Origin: an uncultured Actinomycetes bacterium
GTDB lineage: Bacteria > Actinomycetota > Actinomycetes > S36-B12 > UBA10799
DNA: 64,000 bases
Assembly: GCA_964474045.1 (NCBI GenBank)
Contig: CAYYRC010000012.1
Location: 4,318 to 68,317 of the forward strand
Direction: 5' to 3'
Positions 41,385-50,123 of this stretch are shown here, in pieces. The notes below the pieces were generated by a model. That model searched no databases and had not been told where the DNA came from. It worked only from the letters and a program-made list of their open reading frames with translations. How positions within the stretch are numbered: the stretch's first letter is position 1; each line of letters begins with the position of its first letter. A program made the translations under genes and the position numbers.

Positions 41385-42299
41385 AGGAAGTCCCTGTGAC
41401 GCGGGTCGCATTGGCTGGGAGGGCCGCATCGCCCGCAGCCAGATCCCCCCGGTGGGGAAGTCGCCGGCGAGCAGCAGCGGCATGTTCCGCCGCAGCCAGT
41501 CGCGGTGCGAATTCGCCAGGTAGGGGTGGAACAGCTCGATCCGCCACGCCGCGCCGCCGGTCAGCAGCGTGCGAACCGCGTAGGCCTCGTTGAACGCGAC
41601 CCCGGCCCGCAACCAGTCCGGCGGGTACTCGAAGGGGTAGAACACGTCGTGGAAATGCACGAGCACGCCGGGTGCGAGGACCGGCAACACCCGGTCGAGC
41701 AGGTACTGCACGTCCGACCCGGCCTTGAGCACGTGGCTACTGTCGATGAACAGGATGTCGCCGACGCCCAGAGCCGTGAACTCCGCCGGGGCCACGTCCT
41801 GCACCTCGACGGCGCGCAGCCGACCGGCGAGGTCGGCTCTCGAGACGAGCTGCTGCAGCCGATCGGGGTACGGGTCGATGAAGGTGAATTGCGTCCGCGA
41901 CTCGAGGAACAGCTCGTCGACATCGAGCGCCAATGCCGAGCTGTAACCGCACCCGACCTCGATCACCCGGGCGGGACGATGCTCGAGCAGCATGAGCGCG
42001 TAGGTCACGGCGTCGGCGTAGGTGAACCAGGTGTTGTCGTAGGTGAAGCGACGGCCGTCGCGGCCCCGCCACTCCGGCAGTGCCCGGTAGGCCGGCAGCC
42101 AGGACGCCAGCATCTCCAGCTGCTCGGTACCGCGGAGGTCGATGCCCGGCAGCTGCGCCGGTACTGCGCTGTCGGGGGCAGTGGCTCCGCCGATGGCGCG
42201 GGTGATGTCAGGCTCCGACGGGATGGGCGAGTAGTAGTGGCCCGGTGGCACATGGAGGCGTTCGCGGCGACCACGGGACCTTCCATCATCCTCTACCAA
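41358..42299 (-). CDS. Class I SAM-dependent methyltransferase (Methyltransf_24/CmcI-TylF-like)
   Basis: PGHYYSPIP N-terminal motif, SAM motif I VIEVGCGYSS and ILFIDSSH. The start is uncertain (TTG 42299 or GTG 42251). The track start at 42359 would overlap the upstream gene by 74 nt. Confidence 0.7.
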   Translation of the reverse strand: MVEDDGRSRGRRERLHVPPGHYYSPIPSEPDITRAIGGATAPDSAVPAQLPGIDLRGTEQLEMLASWLPAYRALPEWRGRDGRRFTYDNTWFTYADAVTYALMLLEHRPARVIEVGCGYSSALALDVDELFLESRTQFTFIDPYPDRLQQLVSRADLAGRLRAVEVQDVAPAEFTALGVGDILFIDSSHVLKAGSDVQYLLDRVLPVLAPGVLVHFHDVFYPFEYPPDWLRAGVAFNEAYAVRTLLTGGAAWRIELFHPYLANSHRDWLRRNMPLLLAGDFPTGGIWLRAMRPSQPMRPASQGLPLALPPGEC

Positions 42300-43128
42300 C
42301 GCGGCAACCCTCCGTCCCCACCGCGCTCCGACTCGATGTGACCTGCAGGTCGAAGGCACCGAGGACCTGCTGCGTACAAAGGCCCATCTCGTAACCGGTC
42401 ACCAGCGTGTCGTGCTGGGCGTCGGACAAGAAGGCCAGCCAGACCTGGCCGCCGGGGACATCCAGCAGCGCCACGTCGTGCGCGACCGAGCGCAGGGTGC
42501 CGGTCTTGTGGGCGACGTCGATGTCGGACCTCCGCACGCCGAGCGGGATGCGGGAGTTGAGCGTGGAGGCCTTGAGCGCACCAGCCACGATCGGGTGGCG
42601 CGATTCATCGACGGCGGCACCGAGCAGTCTGAGGGCGTCGGCGGCGGTGGTCTGGCCGATCAGGGCGCCCCCGGGCGAGCCCGGCGAGAGCATGAGGGAC
42701 GTCGCTTCGCAGCCGCTGACCGCAACCGCCTGGTCCACCCGCGCGAGGCCGAAGAGCGCGAGCAACCAGGACGCCGCCGCCCCGTCGCTGCTGCTCACCG
42801 TCAGCCGGATCGCCTCGCGCAGGTTGAGGCGATGGTCGGGATCCAGCGCGCGGAGCACCGAGGGCTCGTGCCAGTGGGCGAGTAGCTCGGCGACTGAGGC
42901 CTGGCGGAGCATCAGGGAATCGTCAGCGGCGGCGGCCTCCTCCGCCGCCATCGCGAGCGGCAGCTTCAGCAGGCTCGCCGCGGGGCGTGCAACGTCGCCG
43001 TCCAGCCCGGCCGACCAGTCCACCCCCGGCAGTACGACCCGGATCGCCGCCGAGCGCCCGGGCTCACGGCCGAAGGCCTGCAGGGCGGCAAGCGCACGGT
43101 CCTCAGCACCCGTCGGCACGGAAGTCAT
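42286..43128 (-). CDS. Class-A beta-lactamase-fold serine hydrolase, no signal peptide
   Basis: ATG at 43128 shares one base with the upstream ABC gene's TGA stop (TGATG). SxxK is ASLLK, the SDN-like loop reads SSDGAAASWLL, and the KTG box is HKTGT. GQTTAADALRLL matches the family. The N-terminus MTSVPTGAEDRALAAL is not signal-like. Confidence 0.7.
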   Translation of the reverse strand: MTSVPTGAEDRALAALQAFGREPGRSAAIRVVLPGVDWSAGLDGDVARPAASLLKLPLAMAAEEAAAADDSLMLRQASVAELLAHWHEPSVLRALDPDHRLNLREAIRLTVSSSDGAAASWLLALFGLARVDQAVAVSGCEATSLMLSPGSPGGALIGQTTAADALRLLGAAVDESRHPIVAGALKASTLNSRIPLGVRRSDIDVAHKTGTLRSVAHDVALLDVPGGQVWLAFLSDAQHDTLVTGYEMGLCTQQVLGAFDLQVTSSRSAVGTEGCRVGRG

Positions 43129-45293
43129 CACAACTCCTGGCGTGCGGCCAGCGCGGCGAACAGTCCGCCAGCGGCCAGCAGCTCGGCCGGTGACCCGTCC
43201 TCGGCCACCCGGCCATCGCTGACGACGATGACGCGGTCGGCGCGCTGGACCGTGCTGAGCCGGTGGGCGACCACGATCCGGGTGGCGGTGCTGGTCAGGA
43301 TCGTGTCCATGACGACGTTCTGGGTGATGTTGTCCAGGGCGCTGGTGGCCTCGTCGAACAGCAGCACCGGCGGCCGCTTGACCAGTGCCGAGGCGAGCAG
43401 CAGCCGCTGTCGCTGTCCCCCGCTGAGCCACGCCCCAAGCGGTCCGACCGGGGTGTCCAGCCCCTCCGAAAGCCGCTGCACGTCGGCGTCAAGACCGCTC
43501 TCCCGCAGTGCCTGCCAAAGCTCGTCCTCGGACAGCTGCAGGGGGCCGGACACGCACTCGCGGATGGTGTCGCCGAGGGGTTGCCCAGCCTGCAGCACAA
43601 TCCCGAGCTGCCGCCGAACCGCCGCCGCGTCCAGGGTGCGCAGGTCGTTGCCGTCGTATTCGACGCTGCCCTCCCATGGCGACTCGAAGCCCAGCAACAG
43701 CCGCAGCAGCGTGGATTTGCCGCATCCCGACGGCCCGACGATCGCCACGAAGCTGCCTTGCTCGAGACGCAGCGTCAGGTCCCGGAACAGCGGGGCGCTG
43801 CCCTGCCGGTAGCCGAAGGTGACACCCGAGAGCGCCACGTCGCCGCGCAGGTCGCCCGGCTGCGCGGCCGCGGGGCCCTCCCGCTCGGGCGGCGTGTCCA
43901 GCACGGGCTGCAGGCGGCTGAGCAGCGGCCCGTACTCCGACAGCGTCACGATGTTGCCGCTCAGGGCCAGGAGGGCGATGGTGACCTGAAGGACGGCTGC
44001 GTACATCGCCATGAAGGCGCCCGGGGCCTGGGACGAACCAGGCTCCAGCGAGTCCCCCGGCATCGTCACGACGGCCAGGATGAAGGCGATGACGACGACT
44101 ACTGGCCCGGCAACCTCCAGCGGCGCAGCAAGCGCCACGGCGCGCAGCCGCGCCCGCATCGCCCGGGTGCTCAGCTGCTGCTCGCGCGACCATCGCAGCA
44201 TGGCGCGATCCTCCGACCCGAGGCTGCGCCAGACCACGAGGCTGTTGAGCAGCGACAGGAACATGGAGTCGCTGCGGGCCCTGCCGTCGAGCAGCGCCGG
44301 CAGCAGCCGCCGGGCACGGAACTGCACGGCGACGGCGGCGAGCAGCAGGAGCAGCACCGCCAGCACCGTCACCACCGCGACGCCGGGACCCGCGATGACC
44401 AGGTACCCGAGGCTGGTCAGTCCGAACGCCGAGGTCACCACGAGGGCGACGGCAGCATCTGGCACCTGCTTCCGGGCGGCCTGCACCGACAGCGTGCGGT
44501 TGACCACGTCGCCGATGGCGAGGCGTCGGAAGAACGTCGCCGGCAGCCGCAGCAGCCTCGCCATCACGCCCGGGGCGAGCACCGAGTCCATCTGATCGCG
44601 CAGGCGCACAACCTCGATCCCGCGCGCGTACGTGATGACCACCGCACCGATCCCGCCGATCGCGAACGCTGCCAGGATCACCCAGACCCGCCCGATGTCC
44701 GCGAACGGGATCGCGGACTCGAAGATCGCTGCGGTCGCCAGGGGCAGCAGCAGCCCGGCGACTCCACCCAGCACCGCGAGGGCGACGAACAGGGCGACCC
44801 CATGGCGCTGGCGCGCGATGGACCAGCGCAGGATCGACCGCCACCGGATGTCGGCGGGAAGATCGACCGCGTAGGCGGTGGCTGTCGGAGTTGCCAGAGC
44901 GGGATGACGGCGGTCGGCCCGCCGCACCCTTCTCGACGTGGCCGCCACGGTCACCGGGGCATCGCCGGCGTCCCCTGGCAGTACCGCCGCGGGCCCCTCG
45001 ACCGTGTCCACGAGCATCGGGACCGTCACCCGGCGCCACCACCGGCCGGTCAGCCGAACCCGCCAGCCGAACCATCCCGACGCCGCCGCGGCGCCGTCCC
45101 GGGGGGCCATCTGCCGGTCGATCTGAGTCACCACCGGGCGCATCGGGTGCCCCAGCGCCGACCCGACCACGGACAGCGCGTCGGAGTCGGCCTCGCTGGC
45201 CCGCGGGGCGTGCGCGGGCTGCTGCGAGGTCAGATCGCTCAGCGCGGTGACCGCCTGCGAGATCGGCGACTCGGCGGCTGTCGGCTCAGCCAT
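43128..45293 (-). CDS. ABC exporter half-transporter (TMD-NBD) with a roughly 160-aa N-terminal extension
   Basis: 721 aa. Walker A GPSGCGKST, signature LSGGQRQRL, Walker B LLFDEATSALD, six TM segments. The N-terminal domain has an unclear fold. Confidence 0.85.
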   Translation of the reverse strand: MAEPTAAESPISQAVTALSDLTSQQPAHAPRASEADSDALSVVGSALGHPMRPVVTQIDRQMAPRDGAAAASGWFGWRVRLTGRWWRRVTVPMLVDTVEGPAAVLPGDAGDAPVTVAATSRRVRRADRRHPALATPTATAYAVDLPADIRWRSILRWSIARQRHGVALFVALAVLGGVAGLLLPLATAAIFESAIPFADIGRVWVILAAFAIGGIGAVVITYARGIEVVRLRDQMDSVLAPGVMARLLRLPATFFRRLAIGDVVNRTLSVQAARKQVPDAAVALVVTSAFGLTSLGYLVIAGPGVAVVTVLAVLLLLLAAVAVQFRARRLLPALLDGRARSDSMFLSLLNSLVVWRSLGSEDRAMLRWSREQQLSTRAMRARLRAVALAAPLEVAGPVVVVIAFILAVVTMPGDSLEPGSSQAPGAFMAMYAAVLQVTIALLALSGNIVTLSEYGPLLSRLQPVLDTPPEREGPAAAQPGDLRGDVALSGVTFGYRQGSAPLFRDLTLRLEQGSFVAIVGPSGCGKSTLLRLLLGFESPWEGSVEYDGNDLRTLDAAAVRRQLGIVLQAGQPLGDTIRECVSGPLQLSEDELWQALRESGLDADVQRLSEGLDTPVGPLGAWLSGGQRQRLLLASALVKRPPVLLFDEATSALDNITQNVVMDTILTSTATRIVVAHRLSTVQRADRVIVVSDGRVAEDGSPAELLAAGGLFAALAARQEL

Positions 45294-47022
45294 GGATCAA
45301 CTCCGCGAACCGCCCGTCTCGCGACACCACGTCGAACGGGCCGCGCTGCACCACCCGGCCTGCCTCCACCACCATGACTTCGTCAGCGTCACGGACTGTG
45401 CTGAGGCGGTGGGCGACGATCAGACAGGTGCTGCCGCGCTGGCGCAGCCGCTGCATGATCTGCATCTCGACGACAGGGTCGAGGGCGCTGGTTGCCTCGT
45501 CGAGCACCAGCAGCTCCGGGTCGCGCACGAGCGCCCGCGCGATGGCGATGCGCTGCAGCTCCCCGCCGGAGAATCCGTGACCGGTGGGCGTCAGCGGTTC
45601 GTACATGCCGCTCGGGCGCGACTGCACAGCCTCGAGGACACAGGCATCGGCCAGGGCCTGCTCGACGCGCTCGAGGCTGATGGTGTCGTCGAACATCGTG
45701 ATGTTCTCGATCAGGGTCCCTGGCATGACCTGCGGGTACTGCGGGACGTAGCCGATCAGCGCCGTTCGCTCCGGACGCGGCACGGCCAGCCGTGGCACCC
45801 CCTGCAGCCGCACCTGGCCCGACCACGGCTGGAGCTCGCCGATTGCCAGCCGAGCGATTGTGGTCTTGCCGCTGCCGCTGCCGCCGACGATCGCCAGCCA
45901 GGCCCCCGCTGGCAGCGACAGCGAGATGTCGTCGACCACGGGTGCGGCCGTGCCGTCGTAGCCGTAGCTGATGTGGCACAGCTGCAACGCGGGTCCGCCG
46001 GCGCTCACCGCGACGGAGCTGTCGGCGGGCTCAGCGGCCAGCTCTGGGTCGAGCTGCCGCGCCAGGACCTGGTCGGCCTGACGCTGGATGCTCGCGACCG
46101 CCGCGAGCACGACACCGATGTAGACCAGCTGGCCGGCCGGCAGCAGCATGGCCACGACCAGTCCCTGCGACGCCACCAGCGTGCCGAGCGTGAGGTGCCC
46201 GGCGATGACCTGCCAGGCGCCCACGGCCAGCACCAGACCCAGCCCCACCGTCTGCGTGACCGGACCCACCAGCTCCAGCCGCTGGCTGTCCGCCCCCATC
46301 CGGGACAAGGCACCGGCGGCCCTTGCCTGGCGCTGGCTCCAGCGTCCGAATACCCACTGCTCCAGCCCCGCGGCCTTGACCGACTCCGCCGCCGTGACCA
46401 GCGCGGTGGTCCCGGCAGCCAGTTCCACGTTGGTTCGGTCGACGGCCTGCTGCACTGCGCCGCGCCGCCGCAGCAGCCACGCACTGGCCAGCATCGACAT
46501 CACCACGACCGCGACCGACACGAGCCCCAGGCGAAGATCCAGCACGATTAGCGCACCCGAGTAGAACATCACCGTGATGATCTTGACCGCCGCCAGCGGC
46601 AGCAGCACACCGCCCTGGAACGCCTGCACCTGCAGCCCCGCCGCCCGGGCGGCCAGGTCGCCGGTGCCGAAGGCCGCAACATCCTGGGTGGGGATCCGCA
46701 GCGCGTGCCAAACGAACCTGGCCGAGCCGGCGGCGCTGAGGCGAACGGCCAGCCGGCTCAGCACCCGGTACTGCAGCAGCTGTAGGACGACGATGCTGAA
46801 GGCCGCCAGCACCAGCCCCACCACCACGGGCTGCGCCCAGTGTCGGCTGCCCGCAGCCAGGTAGTTGTCCAGGAAGACCCGTACGAGCAGCGGGACGGCC
46901 AGGCCAGGGATGATCATCAACAGGCCCACGAGCATCACGAAGGCGAGCACTCCGGGGTTGGCCCGGACCTCCGGCGGAACCGAGCCCAGCAATCTGCGAC
47001 CCGTGGCGCGCGGGGTTGTCAC
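45286..47022 (-). CDS. ABC exporter half-transporter (TMD-NBD), no C39 peptidase domain
   Basis: 578 aa. Walker A GGSGSGKTT, signature FSGGELQRI, Walker B LVLDEATSALD. GTGA overlap with the HlyD stop and an 8-nt overlap with the next ABC gene. Confidence 0.85.
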   Translation of the reverse strand: MTTPRATGRRLLGSVPPEVRANPGVLAFVMLVGLLMIIPGLAVPLLVRVFLDNYLAAGSRHWAQPVVVGLVLAAFSIVVLQLLQYRVLSRLAVRLSAAGSARFVWHALRIPTQDVAAFGTGDLAARAAGLQVQAFQGGVLLPLAAVKIITVMFYSGALIVLDLRLGLVSVAVVVMSMLASAWLLRRRGAVQQAVDRTNVELAAGTTALVTAAESVKAAGLEQWVFGRWSQRQARAAGALSRMGADSQRLELVGPVTQTVGLGLVLAVGAWQVIAGHLTLGTLVASQGLVVAMLLPAGQLVYIGVVLAAVASIQRQADQVLARQLDPELAAEPADSSVAVSAGGPALQLCHISYGYDGTAAPVVDDISLSLPAGAWLAIVGGSGSGKTTIARLAIGELQPWSGQVRLQGVPRLAVPRPERTALIGYVPQYPQVMPGTLIENITMFDDTISLERVEQALADACVLEAVQSRPSGMYEPLTPTGHGFSGGELQRIAIARALVRDPELLVLDEATSALDPVVEMQIMQRLRQRGSTCLIVAHRLSTVRDADEVMVVEAGRVVQRGPFDVVSRDGRFAELIHG

Positions 47023-47867
47023 GGCACGAGGTTCTGGATGGGGGCAGTGTCCTTGAGGATCACCTCGACGCTGGTGAACATGCCTGCGCTCAACTTCGTG
47101 TCGGGGCCGTCCCCCAGCGTCCAGTCGTAGCCGCTGGGGCTTTGAGCATCCGGCAGCAGCGAGACGCTGACCTCCAGCACCGGCCCCTTGCCCATGAAGT
47201 ACTCCGCCAGGCTGCGGCTGCCGGCCATGGTGTTGAGGATCCGGACGTCGGTCACCGGCAGCGGGGCCACCGAGTCCACGCGCCCGCGCAGCATGCCGAA
47301 CTGGGACTCCGGCAGGGAATCCACCCCGACGTACGCCGCCATTCCCGGGGAGACGCTCGTGCCGCGGCCAGCGGGCAGGTAGGCCACCACCTCCAACGGC
47401 GCGGCCTTCGGCGACACCACCGCCACCGCCTCTCCCTGCACGGCCTGCGCGCCGGCGCGCGCGTCCATCGCGGCCACCTCGCCGGCCACCGGTGCCACAA
47501 TGTCGCGCTCCAGGCCGCCGCCGTCGACGAGTGTCGCGATCAGCTGCCCGGCTACCACTTCGTCGCCAGGGGCCACCCGGACGCTCCGGATGACCCCCAC
47601 ATCATCGACGCCGACCTCCACGTACCCGCCCACCGGGACGAGCATCCCGCTGCCCACCACGGACTCCGGCGCCCGGCCGAAGAGCAGCCATAGCAGTCCG
47701 GCCACGATCAAGGCACCGATCCCGAGCAGGATCAGCCAGGACCGGCGATCCGTCACCGGCAGCCTCTCGGCGATCTCGCGGGCCGGGTCGCGCTGGTCCG
47801 CAGCGGGATCGGCGATGTCGGCGGCGACCCCCTTCGGGGATGGAGCTTCCGGGGCCGGTTCCGCCAT
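47019..47867 (-). CDS. HlyD-family membrane-fusion/adaptor protein, short form lacking an alpha-hairpin
   Basis: ATG at 47867 gives 282 aa. N-terminal TM WLILLGIGALIVAGLLWLLF. The split lipoyl-like halves VAPGDEVVAGQLIATL and IVAPVAGEVAAMD are separated by only about 10 residues. Confidence 0.7.
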   Translation of the reverse strand: MAEPAPEAPSPKGVAADIADPAADQRDPAREIAERLPVTDRRSWLILLGIGALIVAGLLWLLFGRAPESVVGSGMLVPVGGYVEVGVDDVGVIRSVRVAPGDEVVAGQLIATLVDGGGLERDIVAPVAGEVAAMDARAGAQAVQGEAVAVVSPKAAPLEVVAYLPAGRGTSVSPGMAAYVGVDSLPESQFGMLRGRVDSVAPLPVTDVRILNTMAGSRSLAEYFMGKGPVLEVSVSLLPDAQSPSGYDWTLGDGPDTKLSAGMFTSVEVILKDTAPIQNLVP

Positions 47868-47913
47868 ACAGCGATTATGCCCAGCCCGTAGCGGCCCGCC
47901 TAGACTGGCCGAC

Positions 47914-49344
47914 GTGACAACCGCCCAGACGCCGGCCCTCCCGGGAAGCCTGGGCGATCTGTCGGTCCTGGTCCTTGGCACCGGCGTCTCCGGGCGCTCG
48001 ATGGCGTCCTGGTGCCGGCGCCAAGGCGCCCGTGTCGTCGTCGCCGACCCGCGGGGAGCCGGGCCCGAGGTGCCATGTCTCGCGGGCATCGACGCAGTGC
48101 TCATGAGTCCCGGCATCTCGCCGCGGGGGCCAGACGCGGCGCCCGTCCTTGCGGCAGCCGCTGCCGCCGGCATCCCAGTTGCGTCGGAATTGGACCTCTT
48201 CGCAGCGGCGCTGGCGAAACTGGCTGCCTCCTCCGGCTATGCCCCAGAAGTCGTGGCGATCACCGGCACCAACGGCAAGACCACCACGACCGCGCTGACG
48301 GCGGCGCTGCTCAACGCCAGCGGGCGGCGGCAGGCACGGGTTGCCGGAAACATCGGCCCGGCACTGATGGACGAGCTCTCGGCAGCACTCGACGACGACG
48401 CGCTGCCGGATACCTGGGTGCTCGAGCTGTCCAGCTTCCAGTTGAGCTATGGGCGCAACTTCGCGGCGAGCGTTGGCGTGCTGCTCAACGTCACCCCTGA
48501 CCACCTGGACTGGCATGGGGGTTTCGCGGACTACGAGCGAGTCAAGCTCACGGTCCTGACGACCTCGGCGAAGGCCATCGTCTGCCGCGAAGACGTGGCG
48601 GGGCCGCGACCGCCGGCGAGCACGGGCACAGCGCCGACGACCACCACGTTCGGCATCGGGGTGCCCCATGCGGTCGGCGACTACGGCGTGTCCTCGGCGG
48701 GGCCCACCCGCTGGCTGGTGCAGCGCGGCACGGACGGTCGGCTGGATCCGATAGTCGCCGTGGAGTCCCTGCGCATCACCGGCGATCACCTGCTCCTCGA
48801 CGCGCTGGCGGCGGTCGCCGTAGTCGATGCGACCTGTGGGCGCACCGCGGCGACCGTCGATGCGCTGGTTGCCTACGAGGGTGAGGCGCACCGAAACCAG
48901 CTGGTGGCCCGCTCCGGTAGCGGGGTGCTCTTCGTCGATGACGGCAAAGCCACGAACGTCGCCGCGGTCTGTGCGGCGCTCGCCGCCCGCGGGACCGGCG
49001 GCCAGGCGATCCTCATCCTGGGCGGCGAGGGCAAGGGCCAGTCGTTCCTGGGTTTGCGGGACGCCGTGGCCACCCATGCCCGGCACGTGCTGACCCTGGG
49101 CCGAGCGGCGGCCCAGATAGAGCAGGACTTGAGTGATGCGGGGGTTCCTCTGGAACGGGTGGGCAGCCTCCCGACCGCCGTCGACCGGGCCTGGGAGCTC
49201 GCCCGGCCCGGGGATGTGGTGCTGCTGTCCCCCGCGTGCGCCTCGACAGATGCCTTCGCCGACTACACCGAGCGCAGCGCGTGCTTCCGCGCAGCCGTCC
49301 ATGCCATCGTGACGCCTGAGGGCGTCGAGGCAGGCGGGCCGTGA
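47914..49344 (+). CDS. MurD-type Mur ligase (UDP-N-acetylmuramoyl-L-alanine--glutamate ligase-like), outside any dcw context
   Basis: GTG at 47914 gives 476 aa. N-terminal Rossmann VLVLGTGVSGRS, P-loop ITGTNGKTTTT, then LELSSFQL, NVTPDHLDWHG, HRNQ...FVDDGKATN, ILGGEGKGQSF and SPACASTDAF. Confidence 0.8.
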   Translation: MTTAQTPALPGSLGDLSVLVLGTGVSGRSMASWCRRQGARVVVADPRGAGPEVPCLAGIDAVLMSPGISPRGPDAAPVLAAAAAAGIPVASELDLFAAALAKLAASSGYAPEVVAITGTNGKTTTTALTAALLNASGRRQARVAGNIGPALMDELSAALDDDALPDTWVLELSSFQLSYGRNFAASVGVLLNVTPDHLDWHGGFADYERVKLTVLTTSAKAIVCREDVAGPRPPASTGTAPTTTTFGIGVPHAVGDYGVSSAGPTRWLVQRGTDGRLDPIVAVESLRITGDHLLLDALAAVAVVDATCGRTAATVDALVAYEGEAHRNQLVARSGSGVLFVDDGKATNVAAVCAALAARGTGGQAILILGGEGKGQSFLGLRDAVATHARHVLTLGRAAAQIEQDLSDAGVPLERVGSLPTAVDRAWELARPGDVVLLSPACASTDAFADYTERSACFRAAVHAIVTPEGVEAGGP

Positions 49345-50108
49345 GCAGGGGCCGGGTACTGACCACGTGGGGGGTGCTGAGCGGCGGAGCGGTGGCGGCG
49401 GCGCTGGCCGCTGCGGCGGGTGTCGCAGCCGTTGCCGCACGCCGGGTGCTGGTCGCCGAGCGAGCCCAACGGTCCGGGACCCGACCCGTGGCCAGTGGCG
49501 ACATGCTTCTGGTGCTGGGTGCCCACGCTTTTCCGGATCGCCCCTCGCGCGAGCTGCAGGCCCGGCTCGACCATGGTGCCCGGCGCTGGCGCGAGGGTGC
49601 CGCCCCGACGATCGGGGTGAGCGGCGGCATCGACGGGACAGTCGACGAGGCCCAGGTCATGGCCGCCTACTTGCGGGACGCACAGCACGTGCCACCGGAC
49701 GCGGTGGTGCGCGTCGTTCCCGGCGACAACACCCGTTCGACCCTGCGCGCGATGGCGCGGGCGGCAGCCGAGCGATCACTGGGCAACACGGTCATCGCGG
49801 TGAGCTCCCCCTACCACGCACACCGGCTGGTGGCCGAGGGGCGGCGTTGCGGACTGCGGGTCGTCGCCGACTGCCCGTCGAGCACGCCGGAGTCGGACAA
49901 CCCGGAGATCCGGCGCACCCGGCTCTTCGGCGAGGTGGTCGGGAGCATCCTGTACGCGGCACCGGAGCGGGCCATCGAAGTCGCGCGCTACGCCAGCGTG
50001 CCGGTTCGCAGGCATCTGCCGAGGATCGCTGCCACCGTGGGCGACCGCGTGCGGCGCCGCAGCTGGCAGCCGCAGCAGGATCCGGCGCTGCCGACTGTCG
50101 TGGGCTGA
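49341..50108 (+). CDS. DUF218 (YdcF/SanA/ElyC-like) membrane-anchored protein
   Basis: 255 aa. GTGA overlap with the ligase stop. N-terminal TM, then LLVLGAHAF...ARLDHG...IGVSGG...DNTRST...SSPYHAHR, typical of the DUF218 fold. Confidence 0.7.
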   Translation: MSRGRVLTTWGVLSGGAVAAALAAAAGVAAVAARRVLVAERAQRSGTRPVASGDMLLVLGAHAFPDRPSRELQARLDHGARRWREGAAPTIGVSGGIDGTVDEAQVMAAYLRDAQHVPPDAVVRVVPGDNTRSTLRAMARAAAERSLGNTVIAVSSPYHAHRLVAEGRRCGLRVVADCPSSTPESDNPEIRRTRLFGEVVGSILYAAPERAIEVARYASVPVRRHLPRIAATVGDRVRRRSWQPQQDPALPTVVG

Positions 50109-50123
50109 GGGCTAGCAGAGCCG

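Noticed and set aside
43263-45377. 704-aa plus-strand ORF and 528-aa alternate-frame minus ORF (43489..45075)
   Set aside because: Both overlap the 721-aa ABC transporter, whose Walker A, signature and Walker B motifs fix the true frame.
47500-47913. N-terminal 138 codons of track ORF 47500..49344
   Set aside because: This stretch overlaps the HlyD gene on the opposite strand and is Ser/Pro/Thr-rich. The MurD-like Rossmann fold starts right after the GTG at 47914.
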